A program made the position numbers and the translations under genes. From the NCBI RefSeq assembly GCF_004010195.1, contig NC_057717.1:104879904-104943903 (forward strand): a stretch of 64,000 bases of DNA, in the 5' to 3' direction. This document shows, in pieces, positions 39,011 to 52,620 of the stretch. Below the pieces are notes generated by a model. It saw nothing but the letters and a program-made list of their open reading frames with translations, was not told the origin of the DNA and did no database searches. The stretch comes from Chiloscyllium plagiosum (Eukaryota). How positions within the stretch are numbered: position 1 is the first letter of the stretch; every line of letters begins with the position of its first letter.

Positions 39011-39272
39011 TCATTCGTAAGATGGGAGTCAACACTTTCAGGCAAGGGCTATGCAGGTCTGTGTGAATGACTTTCAATCTTTACTTAGTCTAACTATCAC
39101 AAATGTCAAACCATAGGGTGAATTTTTCGGTCCCATCAGGAGTGATTGGAGGGGTTGGATAATGGATGCAGCAAAGATGAAAATACTCATACCAAGCATA
39201 ATAGCTTGTATCTAATTCCTCTCAAGTTAAGTGATAACATCCTATTAATGTTCTTAATTATTTTCTGTACTT

Positions 39273-39500
39273 GAATCTGGAATTAAGAGTTTAATGGTGA
39301 CCACGAATCCATTGCCAATTGTTGGAAAAATCACTAATGTCCTTTTGGGAAGCAAACAGCCATCCTTACCTGGTCTGGCCTACATGCAGCTCCAGACCAA
39401 CAACAATGTGATTGACTGTTAACTGCCTTCTGGGCAGCTAGGGATGGGCAATAAATGCTGCCTAGCCAGCGATGCCCTCATCCCATGAATGAATAAAGAG
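39273..39500 (+). mobile_element. 5'-truncated SINE with the body of the 1-609 element and the 3' tail of the 3940-6460 LINE
   Basis: 39331-39397 matches the reverse complement of 355-423. 39432-39497 matches the reverse complement of ~3940-4005 and also 43979-44048. Confidence 0.8.
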
Positions 39501-39848
39501 AAAGAAATGCTTTATCTTTTGTGATTCATGCTCTAAGACACTAAGATCCTTCTGCACCTCAGAACGTTTGCGATCTTTAATACCTAGAATGGGTGGGTTA
39601 CCTCATGAGGAAAGACTGGACAGGCTAAGCTTGTATCCACTGGAATTTAAGACCAAAAGACCATAAGATATTAGGAGCAGAATTAGGTGCTTCAGACCAG
39701 CGAGTCTGCTCTATCTTTCAATCATGGCTGATTTGTTTCTCAACTCATTCCCTTGCCTTCTCCCCATAACCTTTGATCCCCTTTACTAATCGAGAATCTA
39801 TCTATTTCTGTTGCTGTGGTTCTGTTCGCCGAGCTGGAAGTTTTTGTT

Positions 39849-39888
39849 GCAAACGTTTCGTCCCCTGGTTAGGCGACATCATCAGTGC
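39849..39888 (-). ncRNA. minimal type I hammerhead ribozyme motif (sense to the CACNA1A pre-mRNA)
   Basis: gca-CTGATGA-t-[gtcgcct aacc aggggac]-GAAAC-GTT-tgc. Confidence 0.78.
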
Positions 39889-40519
39889 TTGGGAGCCTCC
39901 TGCGAAGCGCTTCTTTGATGTTTCCTCCGGTGTTTATAGTGGTCTGTCCCTGCCGCTTCCGGTTGAAGACAGGAAGGCAGCTAACAATCCGCATACATGA
40001 ACATCAACTAGCCACGAAACGACACGACCAGCTATCCTTAGTAGCCACACACGCAGACAACAAGCAACATGAATTCGACTGAGACAACACTACTATCATA
40101 GGGCAAGCCAAACAGAGAACAGCCAGGGAATTCCTAGAGGCATAGCATTCATCCACAAACTCCATCAACAAACACATCGACCTGGACCCAATATACCAAC
40201 CACTACAGCGGACAGCTGAAACTGACAACAGGAAGCGGCAGGGACAGACCACTATAAACACCGGAGGAAACAACAAAGAAGCGCTTCGCAGGAGGCTCCC
40301 AAGCACTGATGATGTCACCTAGCCAGGTATAGGTGTTCCTCTTCTTCTTTTTGCAGTTCTGGTGTACTGCAGTGTGTTGTGGCCCTTTTGAATAGTGTCC
40401 TGATGCAGCTTCGTTTGTGTGTGTTGGGGTGGTTACTTTCATAGTTTAGGACTTGGTCTGTGTGTGTGGCTTTCCTGTATACCCTTGTAGTGAATTCTCC
40501 GTTCGCAGGAGGCTCCCAA

Positions 40520-40559
40520 GCACTGATGATGTCGCCTAGCCAGGGGACGAAACGTTTGC
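40520..40559 (+). ncRNA. minimal type I hammerhead ribozyme motif
   Basis: gca-CTGATGA-t-[gtcgcct agcc aggggac]-GAAAC-GTT-tgc. Confidence 0.8.
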
Positions 40560-43500
40560 AACAAAAACTTCCAGCTCGGCGAACAGAACCACAGCAACGA
40601 GCACCCGAGCTACAAATCTTCGCACAAACTTTGAATATCTATTTCTGTCTTAAATACACTCGATGACTTGGCCTCCACAGCCCTCTGCAGCAGTGCATTC
40701 CACAGATTCACCTTCTTCTGGCTGAAGAAAGTCCTACTCATCTCAGTTTTAAAGAGCCATCCCTTCACTCTGAGGCTGTGACCTCAGGTGCTAGTCTTTC
40801 CTACTAGTGTGAACATCTTCTCCATGCCTATGCTATCCAGGTCTCTCAGTATTCTGTAAGTTTCAATAAGATTCATCCTCATCCTTATTCCATTGAGCAC
40901 AGACCCAGAGTCCTTCACCTATTCTCATATGACAAAACCTTCATTCCTGGGATTGCTCTTGTGAACCTCCTGTGGACTTCCTCCAAGGCTAGTATCCTTT
41001 CCTGAGATATAGGGCCCAAAATTGTTTATAATATTCTAAATGTAGTCTAACCAGAGCTTTATAAGCCTCAGCAGTAAATCCCTGCTCTTGCATTCTAGCC
41101 CTCTCAAAATGAATGCTAACACTGTATTTGCCTTCCTAACTGCAAATGAAACCTGCATGTTAACCTTAAGATAATTCTGAACTAGGACTCCTAAGTTCCT
41201 TTGTGCTTCAGATTTCCAAAGTCTTTCCTATTTAGAAAATAAACCTCTTCTTCTGACTTCACACTTTCCCACATTGTATTTCATCTGCCATTTCTTTGCA
41301 CACCTTCCCAGTCTGTCCAAGCTCTTCTGCAGCCTTCACACTTCTTCCCTTCACCTATCTTTCTGTCATCTGAAAACTTAGCAACAATGTCTTCAGATCG
41401 CTAATATATAACGTGAATAGCTGTGGTGCCAACACGGACCCCTGCTGCTTTGACTAGGCCCAGCATGATTTTCAAGAATGTTGACAGGGTACCATCAACT
41501 TCAGGAATCATCTGATTCAGGTACGATTTAGCACATTTCCTCCAACCAAGAGGAATGACATGTTATGGACCTCATTTAGCTACATTTGACATTCAATGAC
41601 AGCACATTCCAGAACAATTCAACACCTAGTACTAATGGAGTATTTACATCATTCACAGACTCCAAAACCCTTCATCACTTTATCCCTCTATTCCTGTCCT
41701 GCCATTAATAAAGGCTCACACCATTATTAAGCTGATGTTCAAAAAGTCAAAATATGCACAGACATCCCATTCTGCAGCAAAGAGCTCTGCTCAGTGTGGT
41801 GCCGTATACTCTTAGCCACTTCTACAGGGTGCTCCTCCTGTGGAAATGGATAAAGTGGAGACAGCCTACTCATTTGTCTCCTCCAATGACTGAAATAAAT
41901 GTGGCAAGTATCCTTTCCCAGGAGGTATCGGTGAGGGCTGTTCTAGAGTCTGCTGCACCAATGATACTGCACAAGCAATATCCATCACAGGACCCTGCTG
42001 CACAACTTCTCCCTCAGTCATAAAGAGGCTAAAGATGTAGCACCCTCATCCTTCTTAGTGATTGCCATAGCCCTTATCTAAAAATTCAGATCGCTGCAAG
42101 GAGGGAGCCAGTAGCTGGGATTGCCATCCTGCCCAAACATCTCTGCACTATCAGTGGCACTGACCAGTCAAGCTACTTATGACAAATACTGTGGGAACGT
42201 TAGTGCATAGTTCATGCATCTTTGGTGCTAATACATTTGACTCCAAGAGGTTGGCTCCTCTTTCAATGGAGGAGCTCGTGTGCTCAAAGCCACAAACCAC
42301 TGTTGTGTACTTGGACTGGATAAGCTCATTCTCATCTTGTGACCTGCACTGCCTTGGAGAACTCTGTAGTATGTGGGAGTACTTTTATGTCTGATGATCT
42401 GATCAGAGCCACCATTTTTGTCATTCCTGAGGCCCTATACCTGCACCTACATGAACAGGGCTTTAACTATTCTTTTCACAGATAGCTTGTTTTAGCTCCT
42501 CCTGCAGACTCAACACCCAGCTCCACCCTACCTAATGATACACAGGGACCCACCAATATGTCTGCATCTGTGCTAGTGTCAGATATGCTTGGATGTGATG
42601 AGCTCTGCTCTGGCAGTGCTGGTTTTGTACTTTGAAGTCAACACCAGTGGGGCAAAACAAAAGTAGATCATGGGGAGAATTTTATAGACCTATATGAGAC
42701 AGAAACAAATTGGCAGGGCTGTTTAAACCATAGTTTCCTAACCATGTTGCACTGTTGAAGAATTTTAGTGATGGTGCACATTGGTTTGGACAGGTTTATT
42801 GCCACTTGGGAGACAATGGATAGCACCCATGGTTTATATAAGTTTTGTACTGAATACTATTGTAGTTGCTGAGCCATTTTGTAAGTGGCAGTCCCTTCTG
42901 CAGCTGACAAAGATAAATAGTGTCAGCCTGAAGTCAACTGGTGTTTTCCCTTGTAGCAGACTCTCTTTTCTGCCATCTGGTCATTTATTTTGTTCTCTGC
43001 TTTTTCCATGTTTATCTTGGCTACTTGTCACCAGCCAATCCAGTAAGCAGTAGTAACATTACCACAGCAATTGATACACTAAAATGGCAGCCATGGTAAT
43101 AGCTGCTATGGCAGGTTTAAATTGGGTCCTCTCTCTTTCTGTTCCATCTCTGTTCCCACCTTCTTGAGCACTAATTTGCCATTCAGATTTAACCTTCAGC
43201 CAAATAATATGCAGACACATAAAAATGAGGAGCTGTAATTGTTTCACCTAGGCAGGACAGCAGGACTCAGAAACAGCTCTAAAACCTGTTTTTGCCCCAG
43301 GAAGAAAACTTTTTCCTCATCCTTTCACCAAAAGAGGGAAGTACCCCTCTGTTCATGTCTTACTGGATTTCAATCGCAATCTTTAACTGGTTCAGTTAAG
43401 GTTTCCTCAGATAGCAGTTTTCTCATTCCTTACACAAGAAAATCCCTTGATTTCATCTAACATATACACCAAAGAGAGCCAACAGTAACTGAAGTGCTTA

Positions 43501-43879
43501 TTGATTACATGTCATGTGTTGTCCTGACTTACACTATCATCTGCTCACTTTATATTCTGAAAGATCAAACTGAATACATAGCTACCAGAGAATGAAAGGA
43601 ATAGTGTAAAGCAGCTTTGTTTAAGCTGGTCATTAAAAAGTCACACTTTCCTCTTGCAGAAGAACATTGCTAATTGTCATTTTTTTCAAAAGCAGGACAA
43701 AAATATATATAAAAGCAAATATGGCAGATGCTGGAATTCTGAAACTAGAACAAAAATAGCTGTAAAAACTCAGGTCAGCCTAATGAACCCGACAGAGTGA
43801 ATACATGCAATATTATGCATCCAAACCATCTCACATATCCAAACACTTGCTGTGTAATCATATCTTATTGCTCACTCTA

Positions 43880-44050
43880 TTAAATGCAACAAAATCATGG
43901 AACTCCCTCCACGACAGCACTTTGTGTATTCAAAAAGACTAAGCTGTTTAAGAAAGCAGCTCATCACTGCCTCCTCCAGGGCAATTAGGAATTGGCAATA
44001 AATATTGGCCTAGCTAGTGAAGCCCACATTCCCTTGAATGAATAAAAACA
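43880..44050 (+). mobile_element. 3' tail of the second LINE family
   Basis: ggaactccctcc...aagaaagcagctcatcac...gggcaattaggaattggcaataaatattggcctagc...gaatgaataaaaa is the reverse complement of ~3940-4095. Confidence 0.75.
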
Positions 44051-45064
44051 TCTATAAAAGTACTAAACTGTAATTGGCACTCATAGAACAAAGAAACCGT
44101 TTCATGAGTTGAGCAGATTTACACTGAAGTGATATACTTAGACAATGATCATTTAGCTGTAGTCTGGAATCCATTTCAAATAAATATAATAAGAATCTTC
44201 TATATGTACCAGCTGTGATAATGCCACGAAGAATGCATGTGGGTAAGGTGCAATCCACTATTTGCTCAGCATAAGTTCACACAAACAAAACTATCACAAA
44301 ACAAAACTAGGAACAGACTGATCCAAAGCTAATCAAGAAAGATTGATAGAGGAAACATAATTTCATTGTTTCAGGAGGAGGACGTTTTGGTTGACTAAAT
44401 CAATTATCTCGAATCAATGAGATTCGAGTGAATGACCTGGAATGTGGGGTTGCAGGGCATTGAGTTATCAAAGAATATGCAATAAGGGAGAAATTAAGAG
44501 TGACTGACCTTCTTATGAACTGAAATAAAGCAGTCATAAAGTAGACACAAAACTTTTTTGTTGTAGGGATTCTATCCTGTAAGTCTCCTGTTGATCAATG
44601 TGACCAGTTAACAATGAAATGTAATCTCTGTCCACACGGGGATGTGAAACTGAGCTCTGACTGTCCCAGAAGGTGCTTTCATGCAACAAAAGCCCATAGG
44701 TAACAATAGAGAGTGGCAATCATCCAGCATTTTTAGATCTACCAGATAGGAATGAACTAACACAGCCTGCTCATTTCACATTCTCAGGAGAATCTAAATC
44801 AGAAGAGGATGAATGCACTTAGAGAACCTGACGATTCTGTCTTCAGTGGCATGACAGAACACAAGGGAGAAACATAGATAGTCGAGCTGTAGCAGAGCCT
44901 ACAGAGTTGCCTGTTTATTATACTATGCTTATTAAAGTAAAAAGAAATCACCATCTTATGTACATCCTCAACTGTTTGTTTACAGAGTCCCTGAGTTAGA
45001 ATAGCCAACATTACCACAGTGTTAACCACATCTTTACTGTTATACAGAAATATACAGTTGCCTT

Positions 45065-45540
45065 AAGAACATAAAATATGGGAGCAGTGAGTCATCAGCC
45101 CCTTCAGGCAGGTCCACCAAAAGATCATACATGATCTTAATTCAGCTCCAATTTCCTGGCACTTCCTCATATCTCTCAATTCCCTTAGTGCTAAGCAATC
45201 AATCAATATCAGCCTTGACCATCCTGAATGACTTAGAATCAATTGCTCTGCATAGCAGAAAATGCCAAAGTTCCAAATTCCTTTGAGTGAAGAAATATTT
45301 CCTCATCTCAGGTTGAAATGACTGAGCCCTTATCCTGAGACTGTAACCTCCAATCATCCTTTCATCATCCACCCTGTCAAGCCTTCTCTAAACTTCATAT
45401 GATACACTGTGATCAACTCTCATTTTCCTAAACTACTTCCTATTTTCTATTCAATCTCCCCTCACTGGACAACTAGCTCATCCTAGGAATCACTGAAAGT
45501 AATCTCTGCTGTGCACCTCTAAAGCAAGTACATCCTTCCC
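45065..45540 (-). mobile_element. old CR1 3' fragment
   Basis: taagaacataaaatatgggagcagtgag...gagtgaagaaatatttcctcatctcagg. Confidence 0.6.
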
Positions 45541-45759
45541 TCTATTAAGAGCTCTTGTAGGGTCTGGATTCCAATCCCACCTGCCCCAGACATGTGTTGT
45601 AACGTATCTGAACAGATTGATTAAAAATATTCACCTTCCTTTGATAAAAAGACCAACACATTTTAAATTATTTAATGGAATACAAATGTCACTGGCAAGG
45701 TCATCATTTGTTGTCCATTGTAATTGCCCTCGAGAAGATAAACCATGTTCTTGAACCAC

Positions 45760-47067
45760 ATAGACTGATTCGGGATAGTCAACATGGCTTTGTGCGTGGG
45801 AAATCATATCTCACAAACTTGATTGAGTTTTTTGAAGAAGTAACAAAGAAGATTGATGAGGGCAGAGCAGTAAATGTGATCTATATGGACTTCAGTAAGG
45901 CGTTCGACAAGGTTCCCCATGGGAGACTGATCAGCAAGATTAGATCTCATGCAATACAGGGAGAACTAGCCATTTGGATACAGAACTGACTCAAAGGTAG
46001 CAGACAGAGGGTGGTGGTGGAAGGTTGTTTTTCAGACTGGAGGCCTGTGACCAGTGGAGTGCCACAAGGATCAGTGCTGGGACCTCTATGTTTTGTTATT
46101 TACATAAATGATTGGATGCGAGCATAAGAGGTACAGTTAGTAAGTTTGCAAATGACACCAAAAATGGAGGTGTAGTGGACAGCGAAGAGGGTTACCTCAG
46201 ATTACAACAGGATCTGGACCAGATGGGCCAATGGGCTGAGAAGTGGTAGATGGAGTTTAATTCAGATAAATGCAAGATGCTGCATTTTGGGAAAGCAAAT
46301 CTTAGCAGGACTTATACACTTAATGGTAAGGTCCTAGGGAGTGTTGTTGAACAAAGAGACCTTGGAGTGCAGGTTCATAGCTCCTTGAAAGTGGAGTCGC
46401 AGGTAGATAGGATAGTGAAGAAGGCATTTGGTATGCTTTCCTTTATTGGTCAGAGTATTGAGTACAGGAGTTGGGAGGTCATGTTGCGGCTATACAGGAC
46501 ATTGGTTAGGCCACTGTTGGAATATTGCGTGCAATTCTGGTCTCCTTCCTATCAGAAAGATGTTGTGAAACTTGAAAGGGTTCAGAAAAGATTTACAAGG
46601 ATGTTGCCAGGGTTGGAGGATCTGAGCTACAGGGAGAGGCTGAACAGGCTGGGGCTGTTTTCCCTGGAGTGTCGGAGGCTGAGGGATGACCTTATAGAGG
46701 TTTACAAAATTATGAGGGGCATGGATAGGATAAATAGGCAAAGTCTTTTCCCTGGGGTCAGGGAGTCCAGAACTTGAGGGCATTGGTTCAGGGTGAGAGG
46801 GGAAAGATATAAAATAGACCTATGGCACAACGTTTTCACTCAGAGGGTGGTACGTGTATGGAATGAGCTGCCAGAGAATGTGGTGGAGGCTGGTACAATC
46901 GCAACATTTAAGAGGCAATTGGATGGGTATATGAATAGGAAGGGTTTGGAGGGATATGGGCTGGGTGCTGGCAGGTCGGACTAGTTTGGGTTGGGATATC
47001 TGGTCGGCATGGACGGGTTGGACCGAAGGGTCTGTTTTCATGCTGTACATCTCTATGATTCTATGAC
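45760..47067 (+). mobile_element. relatively young 5'-truncated CR1 (RT and 3' tail) inserted in a second-family LINE tail (45675-45759 and 47068-47340, minus)
   Basis: SQHGFVRGKSYLTNLIEFFEE...DFSKAFDKVPH; ORF 46250..46777 encodes the RT C-terminal region. Ends ctctatgattctatga. The flanks join as ttgaaccac|tgca, matching 4031-4043. Confidence 0.93.
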
Positions 47068-48282
47068 ACTGCAAACTATCTGTGTAAGTATGACAATGGT
47101 GCTAGTAGGGAAGAAGTTCAAAGATTTTGAACTAGTGACATGGACAAAACAGGGTTATGTTTCAAAGTCAAGAAACTATACGGCTTGATGGGAACTATAC
47201 AGGTGGTGATGTTTCCAGCCTCCACTGTCCTAGTCCTTCTCGGTGGTAGAGGTTGTGCTGTAGGTGCTTGTTGAAGGAGCCTTGGCAAACTGCTGCAGTG
47301 TGTCTTGTAAATGGTGTACAATGTTGTCATTGTATATCAACCAGACCATTGATGGCTCAGTCTATAAATGCAATGTCCCAGACAGTGATGGCCCAAACAG
47401 AACAGAAAAGTGTGGATGAAGTGTAGGTAAACATCAGATGAGGAAGAGATAAGATTTGGCTGTGATGCTTCATAAAGTCTACCATATCAACTGCTGATCT
47501 TCAACTTGTTCCACCTCAAACATGAAGATTTGTTTAGGTTACTGCAGGATTGCCTGCACCCACTGAAGTATGCCATAACAGATGTCATGGTAGGAGGAAG
47601 AGAATGAAAAAAATTGTAGGGGAAAAGCATAACTTATTTAGCCTTGCTCTCAACACAAATCACATACTGAGGCAACCAACAATTTATGCTTAATAACATA
47701 AGTTGGAAGCACATTTCTCATCCCTATAAGCAAGAGATCAGACATCAGCAGAGTTGGAGAGAATTGCATCACTGCAGCCTACACGCTGCTTAGAAAAATA
47801 ATCTTCATCCTGAGCAATTGTGCTGACTGTGATCTTACACACTGCGACTGTATGTTACTATATTTAATCACTGCATGAAGTAGCACAGAGGATTGAGTGT
47901 TACCCTCGAGACTGAACAGAACAATGCACGTCACATATTGAAAATGCATCACTGTTCCCAAGTGATCTATTGGGGAAAAGTACTCGTCAATGCAGTACTA
48001 AAATCATGAAAATCTCAAGGATCCAGTGTTGGTCCAGACTATGCTAAGCAGCAGTGTCACAAATGGTGATATAACAAGTGGCCTGAACATCCCTGGGCTA
48101 AGGGAAAAAAAATAGAAAATTTTCTCCTATTTGTTATCCAGTGATCTCTGCTATGAACTGCCTGTGGTGAATGTCAAATAACTGGCAGGTCAAAATTGAA
48201 CAGCATTCTTGACCAGGTACATCGTAATCACACTGAAAAATTGCAGATTTGCAAGATGAATAAAGTTCATTGCTGAATTATA

Positions 48283-48397
48283 TGTGGGAGTTGGTTTGCT
48301 CAATTGGCTGGATAGCCAGTTTGCATTGCAGACTTATGCCGATAGTGTGGGTTCAGTTCTCACACTGGCTGAGGTTACTCTAAAGGACCTTCTTTCT
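48283..48397 (+). mobile_element. 5' half of a tRNA-derived SINE split by CR1 (3' half at ~51221-51320)
   Basis: A-box-like ttgctcaattgg and B-box-like ggttcagttct. The sequence appears to resume after the CR1 tail (gacctctacccttgcctgaccctcagg...). Confidence 0.55.
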
Positions 48398-48399
48398 AG

Positions 48400-51220
48400 A
48401 GGGACAATGAGAATAAAGGTACTTCATCCAACTGCTCGTAGTATTCAAAACAAAGTCGATGATCTTGTTGTGCAAATAGTACAAAGGGGAATGATTTAGT
48501 TGCCATTACAGAGTGGTGATGATTCGGTTGCAGAGTGGTGATGATTCGGAATTAAATATCCAAGGGTATCAGGTAATTAGGAAGGATAGGCATGAAGGTA
48601 AGAGAGGTAGGGTCCCGCTCTTAATTAAGGATGAGATTCAGACGATAGGGGGAGACAATATATGATCTAAGGAGCAAAATGTTGAATCCATTTGGGTGGA
48701 GATCAGGAATAGTAAGGGGAAGAAGTCACTGGTGGTAGTAGTCTATAGGCCACCCAATAATAATGCTGCAGTGGCAAATGCAATCAATCAAGAAATATCT
48801 GACATGTAAGAATGGAACAGCAGTAGTCACAGGGGACTTTAACATGCACATTGGCCAAATCAAGTCAGTAGGAACAGTTTTGAAGAGGAGTTCATAGAAC
48901 TCTTCCATGATAACTTTCTTGAACAGCATGTTATCTACAAGGGACTGTGCAATCTTCGATCTGGTCCTGTGTAATGAGACAAGTAAAATTAATGATCTCG
49001 TTGTTAAGGATCCTCTCGGAAAGAGTGATCACACTATGATTGAATTTTGAATACAAATGCAGGGTGAAATAGTATTATCTAAAACCAGAGTGTTATGCTA
49101 AAACAAGGGAGACTTTCATGGGATGAGGAAGGAGTTGGCTAAATTAGACTGGGAACACAAGTTATATGGTGGAACAGTTGAGTAACATTGGAGGACTTTC
49201 AAAGAGATTTTTCACAATACTCAAGGAAAGTATATTCTGGTCAAAATAGCAAGGGTAGGAAGAGCCAGCTTTGGATAACCAAGGAAATAAAGGAAGGCAT
49301 ACAATTAAAAGCTCAGACTTACAAAGTAGCCAAGAGTTGTGGGAAACAGGAATATTGGGAAAACTTTAAAAAGCAACAAAGAACCACAAAGCAAGCAATA
49401 AAGAAAGGAAAGATAGATTATGAAAGCAAACTAGCACAGAATATAAAAACAGGTAGAAAAGTTTTTATAACCTTATAAAACAGAAAAGGGTGGCTAAAAT
49501 GGATGTAAGTCCTTTGCAGGATGAGAAAGGGGAACTAATATTGGGTAATGCTGAAATGGCCAAAGCCTTGGATAACTGTATTGTGTCAGTCTTCACAGTG
49601 GAAGATATGTCTAACATACCAAAGAATAAGGATATTCTTTGAATATTAAGGGTACGATGGGAGGTGAGGAATAAACTTGAGGGTGAAAAGGTAGGTAAAT
49701 GCCCTGGTCCTGATGAAATGCATTCCATGGTGCTGAAAAAATTGGCAGAAGTTATAGTAGATGCGTTAGTGTTAATTTACCAAACGTCACTGGATTCTGG
49801 GAAGATCCCGGCAGCCTGGAAGACAGCAAATGTTACGCTGCTATTTAAAAATAGTGTAGGCAAAAGGCAGGTAACTATACGCCAGTTAGCTTAACATATG
49901 TAGTCGGGAAAATGCTGGAGGCCATCACTAATGAAGAATTAGTGAGACATCTGGATGGAAAGGGTTCAATCAGGCAGACGCAGCATGGATTCAGGAAGGG
50001 AAAGTTATGTTTGACAAAATTGCTGGAGTTCTTTGAGGATGTAACAAGTGCAGTAGATGGAGGGGAACAGGCAGATGTTGCATACTTGAATTTCCAGAAG
50101 GCGTTCGATAAGGTGCTGCATAAAAGACTCATCCATAAAATAAGAATGCATGGAATTACAGGGAATGTACTAGCATGGATAGAGAAATGGTTAACCAATA
50201 GAAAGCAGAGAGTTGGGATAAATGGTTGGAGATCAGTGGTGAGCGGGGTGCCCACAGGGGTCAATGTTAGGCCTGCAACTGTTCATGATAAATATAAATG
50301 ATTTGGAAGAGGAGACCAAGAGTAACATATCCAAGTTTGCTGATGACATTAAATTCAGTAGAAAGGCAAATTGTGCAGAGGATGTAGAGGGTTTGCAGAG
50401 AGATTTAGATAGGTTATGTGAGTGAGCAAGGGTCTGGCAGATGGAGGACAATGTTGGTAAATGTAAGGTTATGCACTTTGGAAGTAAAAATAGTAGGTCA
50501 GAGTATTATTTAAATGGTGAAAGATTGCAGCATTCTGTCGTTCAGAGGGACTTAGGAGTGCTCATACATGAATTGCTAAAAGTTGATTTGCAGGTGCAAC
50601 AGGAAATCAGGAAGGCAAACAGAATATTGGCTTTCATTGCTAGAGTGATTGAATTTAAAAGTAGGGAGGTTCTGCTGCAATTGTACAAGGTGTTGGTGAG
50701 GCCACACCTGGAGTATTGTGCACAGTTCTAGTCTCCTTTCTTGAGGAAGGATATACTGGCTTTGGAGGTGATGCAGAGGAGGTTCACCAGGTTGATTCCG
50801 GAGATGAGGGGGTTACCCTATGAGGAGAAGTTAAGCCACCTGGGACTAAACTCGCTAGAATTTATAAGAATGAGAGGGGAACTTATAGAAACATATAAAA
50901 CCACGAAAGGGACAGATAAGATAGAGGAAGGCAAGCTGGTGTGTGAAACTAAGATTAGGGGACATGGCCTCAAGATCAGGAGGAGTAGATTTAGGACAGG
51001 GATGAGGAGAGACTGCTTTTCCCAGAAAGTAGTGAATCTATGGAATTCTCTGCTCAAGGAAGCAATAGAGGCAGCTTCATTAAATATATTCAAGACACAG
51101 TTGGATGGGGTTTTGATTGGTAGGGGAATTAAGGGTTATGGGATAATGCAGGTAGGAGGAGCTGAGATGATCTTAATGAGTGACAGGCCAAATGGCTTAC
51201 TCCTGCTTCCATTACTATGA
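48400..51220 (+). mobile_element. CR1 with near-complete but disrupted ORF2
   Basis: EN start IKVLHPTARSIQNK, then KCPGPDEMH..WKTANVTLLFK, QHGFRKGKLCLTKLLEFFE..FQKAFDKV and LVRPHLEYCAQF. Many stops and frameshifts. Confidence 0.93.
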
Positions 51221-52367
51221 GACCTCTACCCTTGCCTGACCCTCAGGATAAACCACCACCAGTCATCTTTCTCTAATGAGAAAGCAACCCTATGGTGTAG
51301 TAAGACTGTCGCGACTTTTATTATAGAAATATGGTAACATGAAGTAGGAACTGAGGCATTTGCTAAAGGAGAATGGTGAGAGTTTTAGCTCCATCTAACT
51401 TTAATGGATTTGACCTGAAAATACTTGATAATTACATTAAATATCTAAGTTGAGGAATTTCCATTTACCATTCCTATCCCTTTATTTGATAAACATAAAT
51501 ATTAGCAAAAAAAATGGAATTAAATATTTTGTCACTAGTTATTGAAAATCTTGAAAAGCACATGATTGCAACACTGTATTTGATCTTGGTTGGTTTAGAG
51601 ATGCTCAAGTGGATTTTGATTAGCTCAAGTTTGTTGAGGCCACCCGTAGCATCCCTACCTCTTACTGGAAAGTACATAAGTAGTCACTGAGTGAGAGGGA
51701 ATAAGGTTGACTGTGAGCTCTTCCTCCAAAAGTCAGTTGATGCTCAGTCTAAGATTATAGAGGTAAATGACTGTTTGAGTGTTCAACATCTGTGAAATCA
51801 CATTCCAGTGTAAGTGAGCACCCCAATATGATAGGAGATATCATTTGTAATATTTCAAAAAGTATCAACAACAGTATTAGGAAAAAAACAAAAAATATAT
51901 AGTCTTCTAATTTGATCTTAATTGAGACTCAGTCATCTACATTCAGCTTTCATAATAAAAACAAGGCAAAAGGGGAAAATGAAGACAGAGGTAGTGTTTC
52001 AGTCAAAGAAATGATGAATAGGATTTGGTAATCATGTACTCTGGAGAAGTGCTGACATAAAAAAAACCTTTTAGCTAATGCAGCCATTGCTTTTTCTATT
52101 CATCTATTCACACGTGCTGTGTCCATGTGTCCTTACATAGTAACAAGCTACTTGCATCAAATAAATAGTTGCATATTTATGGAGTTGACAGGCTACACAG
52201 TATGCATCAGATTACTATGTAACAGTTGTGTTTAAAATTAATCAGAAATCTGTCTGTATCAAAACGAAAACCATATCAAGTGTCCTGTTAATCTGAGCTC
52301 TTAAACAGATTGCAGTTTGAAGACTGATTGTTATTAATAGCACAGTAAGGTTGCTGTGTGCAGATCA

Positions 52368-52620
52368 TATTAGAACATAGAAAAGTACAGCACAGAACAG
52401 GTCCTTTGGTCCATGATGTTGTGCCAAGGTTTAACCCTAATGTAAAATATAATAACTTAACCTACGCACCCCTCAACTCACTGATCTCCATGTGCATGTC
52501 CAGCAGTCACTTAAATGTCCCTAATGACTCTGCTCTTAAATGTCCCTAATGACTCTGCTTCCACCACCACCACTGGCAACGTATTCCATGCATTCACAAG
52601 TCTCTGCATAAAGAACCTAT
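52368..52620 (-). mobile_element. CR1 3' tail with an internal 25-bp tandem duplication
   Basis: tagaacatagaaaagtacagcacagaacagg tail; cttaaatgtccctaatgactctgct occurs twice (52510-52559). Confidence 0.75.

Larger units (their letters stand above)
39812..40635 (+). mobile_element. rearranged Penelope-like element with three pseudo-LTR segments
   Basis: KTGRQLTIRIHEHQLATKRHDQLSLVATHA (GIY-YIG). 13-bp TSD tatctatttctgt at 39799-39811 and 40636-40648. Confidence 0.9.
39655..41445 (-). mobile_element. decayed CR1 3' part interrupted by a PLE
   Basis: CR1 tail at 39655-39810. After the PLE the RT C-terminal sequence resumes, ending near tgtcatctgaaaactt (FSDD) at ~41370. Confidence 0.8.

Noticed and set aside
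46250..46777. 175-aa ORF as a host gene
   Set aside because: It is the CR1 ORF2 C-terminal region of a truncated copy with upstream stops and frameshifts.
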